Positions 19,313-28,217 of a stretch of DNA of 64,000 nucleotides are shown here, piece after piece. The notes under the pieces were generated by a model, which made no database searches, was not told the origin of the DNA, and was given only the letters and a program-made list of their open reading frames with translations. Within the stretch, counting starts at the first letter, position 1, and every line of letters begins with the position of its first letter. The translations under genes were made by a program, and so were the position numbers. This DNA is from an uncultured Gemmatimonadales bacterium (lineage in GTDB: Bacteria > Gemmatimonadota > Gemmatimonadetes > Gemmatimonadales > GWC2-71-9): contig CAWCFX010000001.1 of assembly GCA_963795085.1 (NCBI GenBank), forward strand, positions 480,001 through 544,000, read 5' to 3'.

Positions 19313-20508
19313 AGTTCGCGTTCGTAGTGGAGCGGTTCCCCAGCCTCTCCGAGACCTTCGTACTGGGCCAGATGGCCTGGCTGATGGACCGCGGCCACGA
19401 GGTCCGGGTGTTCGCCACTCGCCGCGGCACCGATACCAAGGTGCATCCGGACGTGGACCGATTGCGCCTGGTGGAGCGTACCCGTTACGCCCGGCCCTTC
19501 TCCGGCGGACACCACCGACGCCAGGTTCGGCTGGGGGCGTTTCTCGTCGGCGAGGTGGTACGGGCACGGCTTTCACCGGTCGCGCTGGCGGGTGCGGTGC
19601 GGCGCTCCGGCGCCCGGGCGCTGCCGGTGTGGACCTACCCCCCGGGCGAGACGCGCTTCGATGCCATCATCGCCCACTTCGGCCCCAACGGCGTCCACGC
19701 GGCCGAGATGCGGCGAGCCGGCATCCTTGAGGGTCCGCTGGCAACGTTCTTTCATGGCTATGACATGAACCCGCGCCGCCCGGCGGTGCGCCGAGGCTAC
19801 CAGGGCCTGTTTGACGCGGGAGACTGGTTTCTGCCGGTGAGTGAATATTTCCGGGAACGCCTGCTCCGGTGGGGCGCGCCGGCCGCCCGCACGAAGGTCC
19901 ATCACATGGGCGTCGATCCCGACGAGTTCCGGGTGGTGCCGCGCCAGCTGGACGACGGCCCGATGCGGTTGCTCTCCGTGGCCCGGCTGGTGGAGAAGAA
20001 GGGGCTGGAGTACGGGATCCGCGCGGCCGCCGAGCTGGGTCGTGCGGTGCACTATACCATCGTCGGCGATGGCCCGGAGCGGCCCCGGCTGGAGGGCCTG
20101 ATCGACGCATTGGGCGCCCGCGACCGGATCGAGCTCGCCGGGTGGCAAACCCAGGATGCCGTGGCCGCCCTCCTGGCCCGGGCGCATCTCCTGCTGGCTC
20201 CCAGCGTCACGTCGGCCGATGGAGAGGAAGAGGGTATTCCCGTCGCCCTGATGGAAGCGATGGCCACCGGGCTGCCGGTGGTGAGTACCCGGCACAGCGG
20301 GATCCCGGAACTCATCGAGGACGGTGTCTCCGGCCTGCTGGTGGCCGAGCGCGACGCGCCGGCCCTGACGGCGGCTCTCCGGCGGCTCCGCGAGGATCCC
20401 CGGCTGATGGAGCGCCTGTGCCGGGGGGGGCGAAGCACCGTCGAGCGGTCCTTCAACAGCCATATCCTTCATCCCCGTCTGCTGGAACTGCTGCATGCGG
20501 CTGCCTGA
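19309..20508 (+). CDS. GT4 glycosyltransferase, WcaL-like
   Basis: FPSLSETFV, AHFGPNG, FHGYD, ARLVEKKGLEY, EGIPVALMEAMA. Confidence 0.9.
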   Translation: MKFAFVVERFPSLSETFVLGQMAWLMDRGHEVRVFATRRGTDTKVHPDVDRLRLVERTRYARPFSGGHHRRQVRLGAFLVGEVVRARLSPVALAGAVRRSGARALPVWTYPPGETRFDAIIAHFGPNGVHAAEMRRAGILEGPLATFFHGYDMNPRRPAVRRGYQGLFDAGDWFLPVSEYFRERLLRWGAPAARTKVHHMGVDPDEFRVVPRQLDDGPMRLLSVARLVEKKGLEYGIRAAAELGRAVHYTIVGDGPERPRLEGLIDALGARDRIELAGWQTQDAVAALLARAHLLLAPSVTSADGEEEGIPVALMEAMATGLPVVSTRHSGIPELIEDGVSGLLVAERDAPALTAALRRLREDPRLMERLCRGGRSTVERSFNSHILHPRLLELLHAAA

Positions 20509-21421
20509 CTTCCTCATTATCGGCGCCCAGAAGTCCGGCACCACGTGGCTGGCCGATCAGCTGGGCCTCCACCCGCGGGTGTTCATGGCCCCGGACGAGA
20601 TCCACTTCTTCGATAAAGCCTCCAACGTAAGCCGGGGCCTGGAGTGGTATGCCCGGCATTTTGAACGGGCGCAACCGGGCCAGCTCGCCGGCGAAAAGAC
20701 GCCCGACTACCTCTGGGCCAACGGGGACGGCGCCGAGGGGCACCTGCCGGACGTGCACCTGAAGCTCCACGAGGCGCTGCCCGGCGCCAAACTCATCGTG
20801 GTGCTGCGAAACCCGGTGGCGCGGGCGCTGTCCGCCCTCACCCACCTGGTGCGCACCCGGCGGATCGCGCCCACGCACGAAGTGGACAGCCTGCTCCTCG
20901 GCAAGAAGCATCACCTGATCCGCGGGCACGGCGTGGTGAGCAAGGGCTTCTATTACCGCCAGCTCATCGCCTATGAACAGCTGTTTGGCCGAAGCCAGAT
21001 GCTGGTGCTGATTTTCGAGGAGGATATCGCGCAGGCACCGGAACGCGGGCTGGATACCGCTGGTGCGTTTCTGGGGATTCCGCCGATGGCCCCGGTCCAG
21101 TCCCGGTCGGTAAGCCAGAACGCTTCGCGGCGATCCCGGCTTCGGCTGATGGCGGACTACTATTTCCCGCCGGCCCGGCCGGTGTCGCGGATGCTCGACC
21201 AGGTACTGCCGGCCTGGAAACCGGCGCCCACCAGCCGCACGATGGACGAACTGGAGCAGACATACCTGGGAGAGAACGAGAAGCTTTTCACGTGGCTGGG
21301 CCGCCCGATGCCGCATTCGTGGAAACGGGCGCCGGCCGTATCGGCGGAGCCGAGCGGGGTTACGTCGTCGCGGGGGCCGGCTCGGCCGCCGGATCGGGGC
21401 CGGCCGGGCGGAGGCTGTTGA
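20495..21421 (+). CDS. PAPS-dependent sulfotransferase
   Basis: 5'-PSB LPDFLIIGAQKSGTTWL, EIHFFD, GEKTPDY, 3'-PB VLRNPVARALS. Confidence 0.9.
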   Translation: MRLPDFLIIGAQKSGTTWLADQLGLHPRVFMAPDEIHFFDKASNVSRGLEWYARHFERAQPGQLAGEKTPDYLWANGDGAEGHLPDVHLKLHEALPGAKLIVVLRNPVARALSALTHLVRTRRIAPTHEVDSLLLGKKHHLIRGHGVVSKGFYYRQLIAYEQLFGRSQMLVLIFEEDIAQAPERGLDTAGAFLGIPPMAPVQSRSVSQNASRRSRLRLMADYYFPPARPVSRMLDQVLPAWKPAPTSRTMDELEQTYLGENEKLFTWLGRPMPHSWKRAPAVSAEPSGVTSSRGPARPPDRGRPGGGC

Positions 21422-22589
21422 AGAGCGCCAGGTGCCGGGCCGCGGCATGGTCGAGGCCAAAGTCCCGCTCCACCATCTGGCGGCCCACCCGGCCCATCTC
21501 CCGGGCCTGCCGCGGGTGCCGCAGCAGTTCGGCCATCGCCCGGGTCATGGCCACCGCATCGCCGATCTCCACGAGATAGCCGTTCCCGCCGGTCCGAATC
21601 AGCTCGCCGGTGCCGCTGGTTCGGGTACCGATGGAGGGCAATCCCACCGCCAGCGCCTCCAGCAGGGCAATCGAGAGCCCTTCCCGCTCCGAGGGAAGCA
21701 CGAAGACATCGGCCGCCTGCAGCCAGGGCAGCACGTCCGCCTGCCGGCCGGCGAAGGTGACCGTATCACTCAGCAGGTGATGCGCGACGAATTGCCGCAG
21801 GTCGGCCTCGACGCCCAGGTTGGGACTGTTCTCCCCCACCAGGACCAGGTGGGCGGACTTGTCCATCGCCAGCAGGTGGCGCCAGGCATCGAGGAGCGTC
21901 GCCAGGCCCTTGTGCCGGTGCAGCCGGCCGCTGAACACGAAGATGAACGCCTTCCGGGGCAGGCCAAGCCGGTCGCGGAGATCGTACGCTTCCTCCCGGC
22001 TGACCGGCTGGAAACGGGCCAGGTCCACGCCGTTGGGGATCCGGGTCATGCGCTCGGCCGCAAAACCGGCCTCGAGAAACTCCGCGGCGATATCCTCCGA
22101 GATGGCGACAAACTTGTCGGCCCGCTGGAGCAGGGCATCGCGGGCGCGGAGGGTGGAGCGGACCAGCCGGGTGCCCAGCCCGCCCTTCTGGCGGTCCTGC
22201 CAGACGAACGATCCGGAGATTTCCCCGGTCTGCTCGGCGCGGAGCACCACCGGTTTCCCCAGTGACTTGCCCGCCAGGGCGGCGACCATGCCGAGGATCC
22301 GGAGCCCCCAGACGTAGATCAGGTCGTACTCCTGGCGGTGGCGAAGGAGGTAGAGCAGGACCGGTCCCAGGGTCAGGTACTTGCCGGTGCGGGGAAAGCG
22401 GGACGGCGCCAGCCGGATGATCTTCACCCCGTCTATCACCTGCTCCGGGTCCAGCGTGGCATGCTGCCGCCGGGTGACCACGGTGACCGCGGTGCCCCGC
22501 TGCACCAGCTCGCGGGAGAGAGCCAGCCCGTAGGTGCCGACGCCGCCGCCCAGCGGATAGAACGACTCGGCGAGAATCAGCACCCGCAT
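21360..22589 (-). CDS. GT4 glycosyltransferase
   Basis: IPNGVD, GRLHRHKG, ADVFVLPSEREGLSIALLEA. Confidence 0.9.
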   Translation of the reverse strand: MRVLILAESFYPLGGGVGTYGLALSRELVQRGTAVTVVTRRQHATLDPEQVIDGVKIIRLAPSRFPRTGKYLTLGPVLLYLLRHRQEYDLIYVWGLRILGMVAALAGKSLGKPVVLRAEQTGEISGSFVWQDRQKGGLGTRLVRSTLRARDALLQRADKFVAISEDIAAEFLEAGFAAERMTRIPNGVDLARFQPVSREEAYDLRDRLGLPRKAFIFVFSGRLHRHKGLATLLDAWRHLLAMDKSAHLVLVGENSPNLGVEADLRQFVAHHLLSDTVTFAGRQADVLPWLQAADVFVLPSEREGLSIALLEALAVGLPSIGTRTSGTGELIRTGGNGYLVEIGDAVAMTRAMAELLRHPRQAREMGRVGRQMVERDFGLDHAAARHLALFNSLRPAGPDPAAEPAPATT

Positions 22590-23848
22590 CAGTCCGCCGC
22601 CGGTCCGGCCGCGACGCCGCGATAGAGCTGCTCCAGCCGGGCGGTGTAGCTGGCGATCGAGAAGCGGGCGGCTTCTTCCCGGCAGCCCTGCCGCAGCCGG
22701 TCGAGGAGAAACGGTTCATCCAGCACCCGGAGCAATGCCACGCCCAGCTTGGCGGCGTCGCCCGGGGGCACCAGCAGGCCGCTCTTGCCCTCGGCCACCA
22801 CCTCGGGGAGCCCGCCCTCGCGGGATGCGACCACCGGCACGCCGCCGGCGATGGACTCGATCGCCACGTTGCCGATGCCCTCTTCCAGTGAAGGCACCAC
22901 GGAAATCGTGAAGAGCTGGACGAAGGCTTCCGCGTCAGGGCGGAAGCCGGTGAAGATGACCCGGTCCACGATGCCCAGCCGCCGAGCCTGCGCCTTGAGA
23001 TCCTCCTCGAGGGGACCGTCTCCCACGAGGACGAGGCGGGCATCGGGATAGCGGGTCAGCACCTGGGGAAACGCTTCGACGAGATAGGTGATGCCCTTGG
23101 CCGGGTAGAAGCGGGTGACGGCGCCGATGATGGGCCAGACGCCTTCCAGCCCGAGCTCGGCGCGGATCCGTTCCAGGTGCTCGGGCCGGACCGGTTTCAT
23201 CGTGTAGGTGGAGACCGGGTTATGCACGGTCACCACCTGGCCGGGGGCGAACCCCATGCGCCCGATGGCGAAATCGCGCAGGCTATCGGAGTTGGCGATG
23301 GCGAGCGCGGTGCCGGGCGCGAGGACGCGGTTGATGCGCTCCATGTACCAGGGATAGGGCCGCTTCTGGTACTTGCTGTGGTGGGTGCGGACGTGGACGA
23401 TCGCGGGCCGTCCGGTGATCTTCGCGGCCAGCCGCCCCAGGGTATCGGCCTGGAAGTCGGTCACGTGGACCACGTCAATCTGTTGCTGCCGGATGATCCG
23501 GACGATCTCGCCCAGGGGCCGGAGACTGAACCGGCCGGCGCTCATGAAGCGAAGCGGGACGCCTTCGGCGTTGAGCCGCTCCCCCAGCGCCTCCGGGGCG
23601 CGGAGCACGCAGCTGGTGACCTCGACCCGGCTGGGATCGAAGCCCATGGTCATCTCCACCATCATGCGGCCGGCGCCGTGGAGGGCGTGGCCGTAGCCGA
23701 TGTGGTCGCCGACGATGAGCACCCGGACGGCCCGCTCGGCGAGCGGGCGCCGGGTCGTGGCCGCGGTCCCGGCCGCCGGGTGCGCGGGGGCCGCTTCGGG
23801 TCGTGGACGATCTCGCGCGGGCTCGCGCGGTTTCAGGGCCGAACTCAT
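22589..23848 (-). CDS. GT4 glycosyltransferase
   Basis: TRFYPAKG, VPSLEEGIGNVAIES, GGLPEVV; exact start uncertain. Confidence 0.85.
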   Translation of the reverse strand: MSSALKPREPARDRPRPEAAPAHPAAGTAATTRRPLAERAVRVLIVGDHIGYGHALHGAGRMMVEMTMGFDPSRVEVTSCVLRAPEALGERLNAEGVPLRFMSAGRFSLRPLGEIVRIIRQQQIDVVHVTDFQADTLGRLAAKITGRPAIVHVRTHHSKYQKRPYPWYMERINRVLAPGTALAIANSDSLRDFAIGRMGFAPGQVVTVHNPVSTYTMKPVRPEHLERIRAELGLEGVWPIIGAVTRFYPAKGITYLVEAFPQVLTRYPDARLVLVGDGPLEEDLKAQARRLGIVDRVIFTGFRPDAEAFVQLFTISVVPSLEEGIGNVAIESIAGGVPVVASREGGLPEVVAEGKSGLLVPPGDAAKLGVALLRVLDEPFLLDRLRQGCREEAARFSIASYTARLEQLYRGVAAGPAAD

Positions 23849-23930
23849 CGTGACCGGTGTCCAGACGGCTAAGGGAGAACCAGTATTGCAGTTGCGGGAC
23901 GGGGGGGCCGTGACTGGCCTCACGCGCTGC

Positions 23931-24112
23931 AAGGGGGCAAGAGGGTCAGGGGGCCAGGGGGCACGCCGAGTGGGTCAGGGGGACAGTGGGTCAGTGGGAC
24001 GGTGGGACGGTGGGACGGTGGGACGGTGGGACAGTGGGACAGTGGGACAGTGGGACAGGACCCATCTCTTTGGTTTCCTTGCCCCCTTGCCCCCTGACCC
24101 CCTTGCCCCCTT
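23931..24112. repeat. Composite element: 33-bp terminal inverted repeats enclosing about ten GGGAC(A/G)GT octamers
   Basis: 23931-23963 matches the reverse complement of 24080-24112 at 31/33; octamer run at 23980-24058. Confidence 0.85.
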
Positions 24113-24206
24113 AAGTATCGCTCTCAGTTACGCTTGGGCCGGTTGCTCCGGGGCGTCCACGGGGTTAGGATTGTCGGTCGCCGGAGGCGGGTTTTCCGGC
24201 GGACGA

Positions 24207-24279
24207 TCCCGAGTAGCTCAGTTGGTAGAGCAGGTGACTGTTAATCACCGGGTCGGGGGTTCGAGTCCCTCCTCGGGAG
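24207..24279 (+). tRNA. trnN: tRNA-Asn (GTT)
   Basis: TCCCGAG/CTCGGGA acceptor stem, TAGCTCAGTTGGTAGAGC D-arm, GGTGA-CTGTTAA-TCACC anticodon arm, GGTTCGAGTCC T-arm; 73 nt, CCA not encoded. Confidence 0.97.
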
Positions 24280-24313
24280 CTGAGTGAAGACAACGAGTTA
24301 GTCACTGGATCAT

Positions 24314-24350
24314 AACGGGTTAGCCTCTTTCGGCTGACCCGTTTTCGTTT
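24314..24350 (+). terminator. Probable terminator after tRNA-Asn
   Basis: Stem AACGGGTTAGCC/GGCTGACCCGTT followed by TTCGTTT. Confidence 0.65.
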
Positions 24351-24509
24351 CGAGGATATGGAGCGTTGGTGGGCCGTCTTAGTGGGGGTCGGGGGGGCGA
24401 GGAGAGATCCTGGAGGGTCGCCGATGTCAGAGGATCGCAGGCCTCTATCGCTTTGCTCTAGTGCGGGGTACACTGGGCTTCACGTCCCCTACTCCACAAA
24501 TGGACCGCC

Positions 24510-25871
24510 ATGAACCGGGTTTGCAGCCTCGCCGTTGTCAGCGCCTCTCTCATGTGGGGATGTGCCAGGGATATGAGCGCCCCGGCCGCCGACCCGTCTT
24601 TCGAGAGGCCAAAGTTTTCCGTGACCATCCTCGGGTGCGACGACGCCGGAGTTGGAGACAATTCAATCCACTTGGCTGGCGGCTTGAAGAAACCCTGGTC
24701 GTGCGGAACGGTCATCCAGGTATCTGGGCCAGCCAGTCGGGCGGGGGACATTCAGGCTGCCACTGCGGCATGGAGCGGCGCGCTGAAGCACATCTCGGTT
24801 ACCGGGATGCCTCGGCCTGACTGGACGCCCGGCACGGGCCAGGTTCAGGTAGTTGTCATAGCCGGTCCCAATCCCAATAACCTCTGGTGTGGCGCGGTCA
24901 ACGATCCGCCGGCGAACATATTCATGTACCCTCAGGGTCATTCCAGTTGTACGAACAACCCCGGCGACTTCTTGACTATTCTGACCCACGAAATGTCCCA
25001 CGTCATGGGGTATAATTCAACGCTGGAAGGGCCGAACGTGGTTCCGGGAAACTGCGCGCTCTACCTGCCCGCTTCGGGGTCGATCTGCCAGCACGAGATC
25101 GAGTACTTGTACGCGGCCTATTTTCCCTCCTCGCCGGTCCATCCTGTAGGCACCGACTTTTGGTCACGGCGCTTTGTCACGGGGTTGCAGGTGACACCAA
25201 CCAGCGTGACGGTTCAGGCAACGCAGACGGCGGCGGTGACTGCAAACGCCCTCTTGTTTGGCCGGCAGATTGCTCCCTCTTCCGCGCCACTGGGCGGCGC
25301 GGCGATTCAGTGGAGTAACGACTTCCCGGCGATCTCTTCGGTGAACTCCGGCGTCATCACTGGCCTCAGTACTGGCAATGATACAGTCCGGGCTAAGGTC
25401 ACCAGTGGTCTTGGAACGTACAAACTGGGAACTGTTATGAGTTCGGCGGGTCAGCCAATTCCGGTAACCGTTACTGCAGGCCCTCCGCCCGGCACCGGCT
25501 TTCGGGTCACTGCAATAACCGGGGCGCCACATCCCATTACCTCGACCCCGAACATCTACTCCCTCACAGCCAGTGTGACCCAGCAGCCGGCGGGCACTCT
25601 TCAGATCAAGTGGAAGATTGTTTACAGTAACTTTCCCTCCGACACAATCCGAGTGGACTATGGCCCCAATAGCTACGCGCTCAATACGTCTTCAGGTTCC
25701 TACTCGGTCAGAGTCTATGCGACTCCGAGAAGCGGGAGCGGGACCTCGTGGGTCTATGGGGCTGAAGGTATTCAGGATTTTCCGGTCTGCACCGGTGGTG
25801 GCGGAGGCGGAGGCGGAGATTTAGTCGAGATGCCAGTCGGTGAAGACAACGATGCGGTGGCAGGGTGCTAG
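24510..25871 (+). CDS. Lipoprotein with HExxH zinc-protease-like domain and Ig-like (BIG2-type) domain
   Basis: SLMWGC lipobox, THEMSHVMG, GLQVTPTSVTV..IQWS..VNSGVITGLSTG; weaker GC3 bias than neighbours. Confidence 0.7.
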   Translation: MNRVCSLAVVSASLMWGCARDMSAPAADPSFERPKFSVTILGCDDAGVGDNSIHLAGGLKKPWSCGTVIQVSGPASRAGDIQAATAAWSGALKHISVTGMPRPDWTPGTGQVQVVVIAGPNPNNLWCGAVNDPPANIFMYPQGHSSCTNNPGDFLTILTHEMSHVMGYNSTLEGPNVVPGNCALYLPASGSICQHEIEYLYAAYFPSSPVHPVGTDFWSRRFVTGLQVTPTSVTVQATQTAAVTANALLFGRQIAPSSAPLGGAAIQWSNDFPAISSVNSGVITGLSTGNDTVRAKVTSGLGTYKLGTVMSSAGQPIPVTVTAGPPPGTGFRVTAITGAPHPITSTPNIYSLTASVTQQPAGTLQIKWKIVYSNFPSDTIRVDYGPNSYALNTSSGSYSVRVYATPRSGSGTSWVYGAEGIQDFPVCTGGGGGGGGDLVEMPVGEDNDAVAGC

Positions 25872-25872
25872 T

Positions 25873-26739
25873 ATGAGATCTCTCTGTTTAGTGCTTCTTG
25901 CAACAGTTGCCGGCTGTGATGGCGACGGGCCGAATGGCCCGCCGGCCCTACGCAATAAGATTGCTTTTCTGTCAGATCGCGATGGTTTCTCCCAACTCTA
26001 CACCATGAATACCGATGGCACCGGTGTCCGTCTGATCCCGGTCACTGCGATTATTGGACCTGTGAGCGACCCGGCGGTTTCTCCCGATGGCGAAAAGATC
26101 GCTTTTCGCGTTTACGGAGACATCTGGGTTATGAATGCCGATGGTTCGGGGCAGGAGAACTTGACCAACAACCCAGCTAATGACGCATTCCCATCCTGGT
26201 CACCGGACGGCGATAAGATTCTATTCGGCTCCGATCGGGATGGAAACAGTGAGATTTACGTCATGAACGCCGATGGAACCAATCCCGTGAATCTAACCAA
26301 TGATCCGGGGTACGATAACAGCGGTTCATTTTCGCCTGACGGCACTCGCATAGTTTTTGGTTCGCACCGGGACGGCAATGGAGAGATTTACGTCATGAAT
26401 GCCGACGGGACGAATCCTTCCAACCTTACCAACGATCCGTCAGTGGATGGACTACCAGCATGGTCGAGTGACGGCACCAAGCTGGCCTTTCTTAGTACGC
26501 GAAACGGCGGGAATCTCCTTTTCACGATGCTGGCAAACGGCACGAATGTTTTCCCCCTGAATACTCTGGGAATGAACGCGACGTTTCCTGACTGGTCGCC
26601 AGGCGATTCCCTAATCGCCTTCGAGGGCGGGGGCACCAATTCAGAGATTCAACTGATTCGCCCAGATGGCACCGGACTGAGAAACTTGACCCAGAATAGT
26701 GCTCAGGACCGCATGCCATCGTGGAGCCCTTCACGGTAA
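25873..26739 (+). CDS. TolB-like PD40 beta-propeller lipoprotein
   Basis: VAGC lipobox; repeated PSWSPDG.KI.F.S.RDGN.EIYVMNADG.NP.NLT units. Confidence 0.9.
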   Translation: MRSLCLVLLATVAGCDGDGPNGPPALRNKIAFLSDRDGFSQLYTMNTDGTGVRLIPVTAIIGPVSDPAVSPDGEKIAFRVYGDIWVMNADGSGQENLTNNPANDAFPSWSPDGDKILFGSDRDGNSEIYVMNADGTNPVNLTNDPGYDNSGSFSPDGTRIVFGSHRDGNGEIYVMNADGTNPSNLTNDPSVDGLPAWSSDGTKLAFLSTRNGGNLLFTMLANGTNVFPLNTLGMNATFPDWSPGDSLIAFEGGGTNSEIQLIRPDGTGLRNLTQNSAQDRMPSWSPSR

Positions 26740-26821
26740 GAAACGTCAGGATCACGGCTTTGTCTTTGCTGGCCACTCAGCACCCCTCGATCTTCGGAAG
26801 AAAAAGCTGCGGCACTTTCAC

Positions 26822-27060
26822 CTTCCGGACGGTGAGGACAACGATGCCGTCTAGGGGTGTTAGATGAAATCCGGGCCGCTCAATACGCCCGGGATGAATG
26901 CGGGGTTTCCTCAATGGTCTCCGGGCGGCATGGTGATAGCCTTCGAGGGGCTCGGCACGAACTCGGAAGTTCAATTGATTCGCCCAGATGGCACCGGGCT
27001 TAGAAACCTTGCCAAGAACAGTGCTCAAGACCGCATGCCATCGTGGAGTCTTCACGATAG
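26822..27060 (+). pseudogene. Decayed, internally deleted second copy of the HExxH-lipoprotein/TolB-like cassette
   Basis: Reads LPDGEDNDAV*GC* MKS (cf. MPVGEDNDAVAGC* MRS at 25830-25881), then jumps to the last ~60 codons of the TolB-like gene; a 1-bp deletion puts its TAG out of frame. Confidence 0.85.
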
Positions 27061-27188
27061 TACGCTGTTTGATATGGCGTGTGCCAGCCTGATAGCGTAG
27101 TCCAGGGGGCGTCACGGGGCGTTCGCATGACCTGCCGGGAGCCGCGAACGGCTCGTCAGGCCTTCCCGATCGCTGTATGTTCCTCCCC

Positions 27189-28217
27189 ATGCGCATCGCC
27201 ATCATCTTCGACACCCCCTGGACCGGCTGGTCTATCGCCCAGCACTGGGCCCAGATGGAGAAAGAGGTCGCGGCGTGGGACACCCACGAGCCGGAGATGG
27301 AATACCAGATCGCCGATGCGCTCCGGCAGCGGGGTCACGAGGTATCGCTGGTGGGGGTGCACGACGATATCCAGGCGCTGGCCGCCGGCCTGGCGGAGGT
27401 AAAGCCGGACCTGGTGTTCAACTGCGCCGAATCGTTCCACGGCAACGCGGAGCTGGACTACCTCTACGCCTCGGTGGTCGAGGCCGAGGGGTATAACTAC
27501 ACCGGCTCGCCGCCGCTGGCGCTCCTGGTCACCCGCAACAAGGCGATGAGCAAGAAGGTGCTCGCCTACCACGACATCCAGGTGCCCGGCTTCGCCACCT
27601 GGCGGCCGGGCGAGCGGGTGGGCAAGGCCACCGACCTCCGCTTCCCCCTCATCGTCAAGCCGCTCCAGACCGACGCCTCGGCGGGGATCGCGCAGGCCTC
27701 GGTGGTCTCGGACCGGGCGGCGCTGGTCGAGCGGGTGGCCTTCGTGCACCAGCGGTTCGAGCAGCCGGCCATCGCGGAGGAGTTCATTGACGGGCGGGAG
27801 CTGTACGTCAGCCTGGTGGGCAACGGCGACACGCTGGATATCCTCCCGATCACCGAAATGGTCTTCGACCGGAAGAAGACCCGGCCGGAGGAGCGGATCG
27901 CCACCCAGAACGCCAAGTGGGACGAGGCCTACCGGGGCCGGAAGGGGATCAAGAACGTCTTTGCCCGCCCGATCTCCCGGGCTGGCCGCAAGCGGATCGA
28001 GGAGATCTGCCGCACCTCCTACCGGGCGCTCTGGCTCCGGGACTATGCCCGGCTCGATGTCCGGCTCACCGACAGCGGGGAGGTCTGGGTGATCGAGGCC
28101 AACGCCAACCCCTTTGTGAGCTGGGGTCACGACGTGGCCAACGCGGCGGAGAAGGCGGGCATGGAGTATTCCGATTTCATTGACCGGATCGTCCGCGAAG
28201 CGGCGGCCCGTGGCTAG
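27189..28217 (+). CDS. ATP-grasp ligase, D-Ala-D-Ala ligase-like but not housekeeping Ddl
   Basis: DLVFNCAE, YTGS, IVKP..DASAGI, EEFIDGRE, YARLDVRL, IEANANP; lacks the Ddl GGxSxE and LHG..GEDG motifs. Confidence 0.85.
   Translation: MRIAIIFDTPWTGWSIAQHWAQMEKEVAAWDTHEPEMEYQIADALRQRGHEVSLVGVHDDIQALAAGLAEVKPDLVFNCAESFHGNAELDYLYASVVEAEGYNYTGSPPLALLVTRNKAMSKKVLAYHDIQVPGFATWRPGERVGKATDLRFPLIVKPLQTDASAGIAQASVVSDRAALVERVAFVHQRFEQPAIAEEFIDGRELYVSLVGNGDTLDILPITEMVFDRKKTRPEERIATQNAKWDEAYRGRKGIKNVFARPISRAGRKRIEEICRTSYRALWLRDYARLDVRLTDSGEVWVIEANANPFVSWGHDVANAAEKAGMEYSDFIDRIVREAAARG

Noticed and set aside
26550..27060. Diversity-generating retroelement TR/VR pair
   Set aside because: Differences are not adenine-specific and are often synonymous; there is no reverse transcriptase in the window
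27116..27150. Degenerate attR copy of the tRNA-Asn 3' end (gttcg..cct..cgggagc)
   Set aside because: Only short interrupted matches, plausible by chance in GC-rich DNA, although it lies near the islet boundary
27189..28217. Housekeeping ddl
   Set aside because: Lacks the N-terminal GGxSxE and LHG..GEDG motifs and is not in a mur/fts cluster
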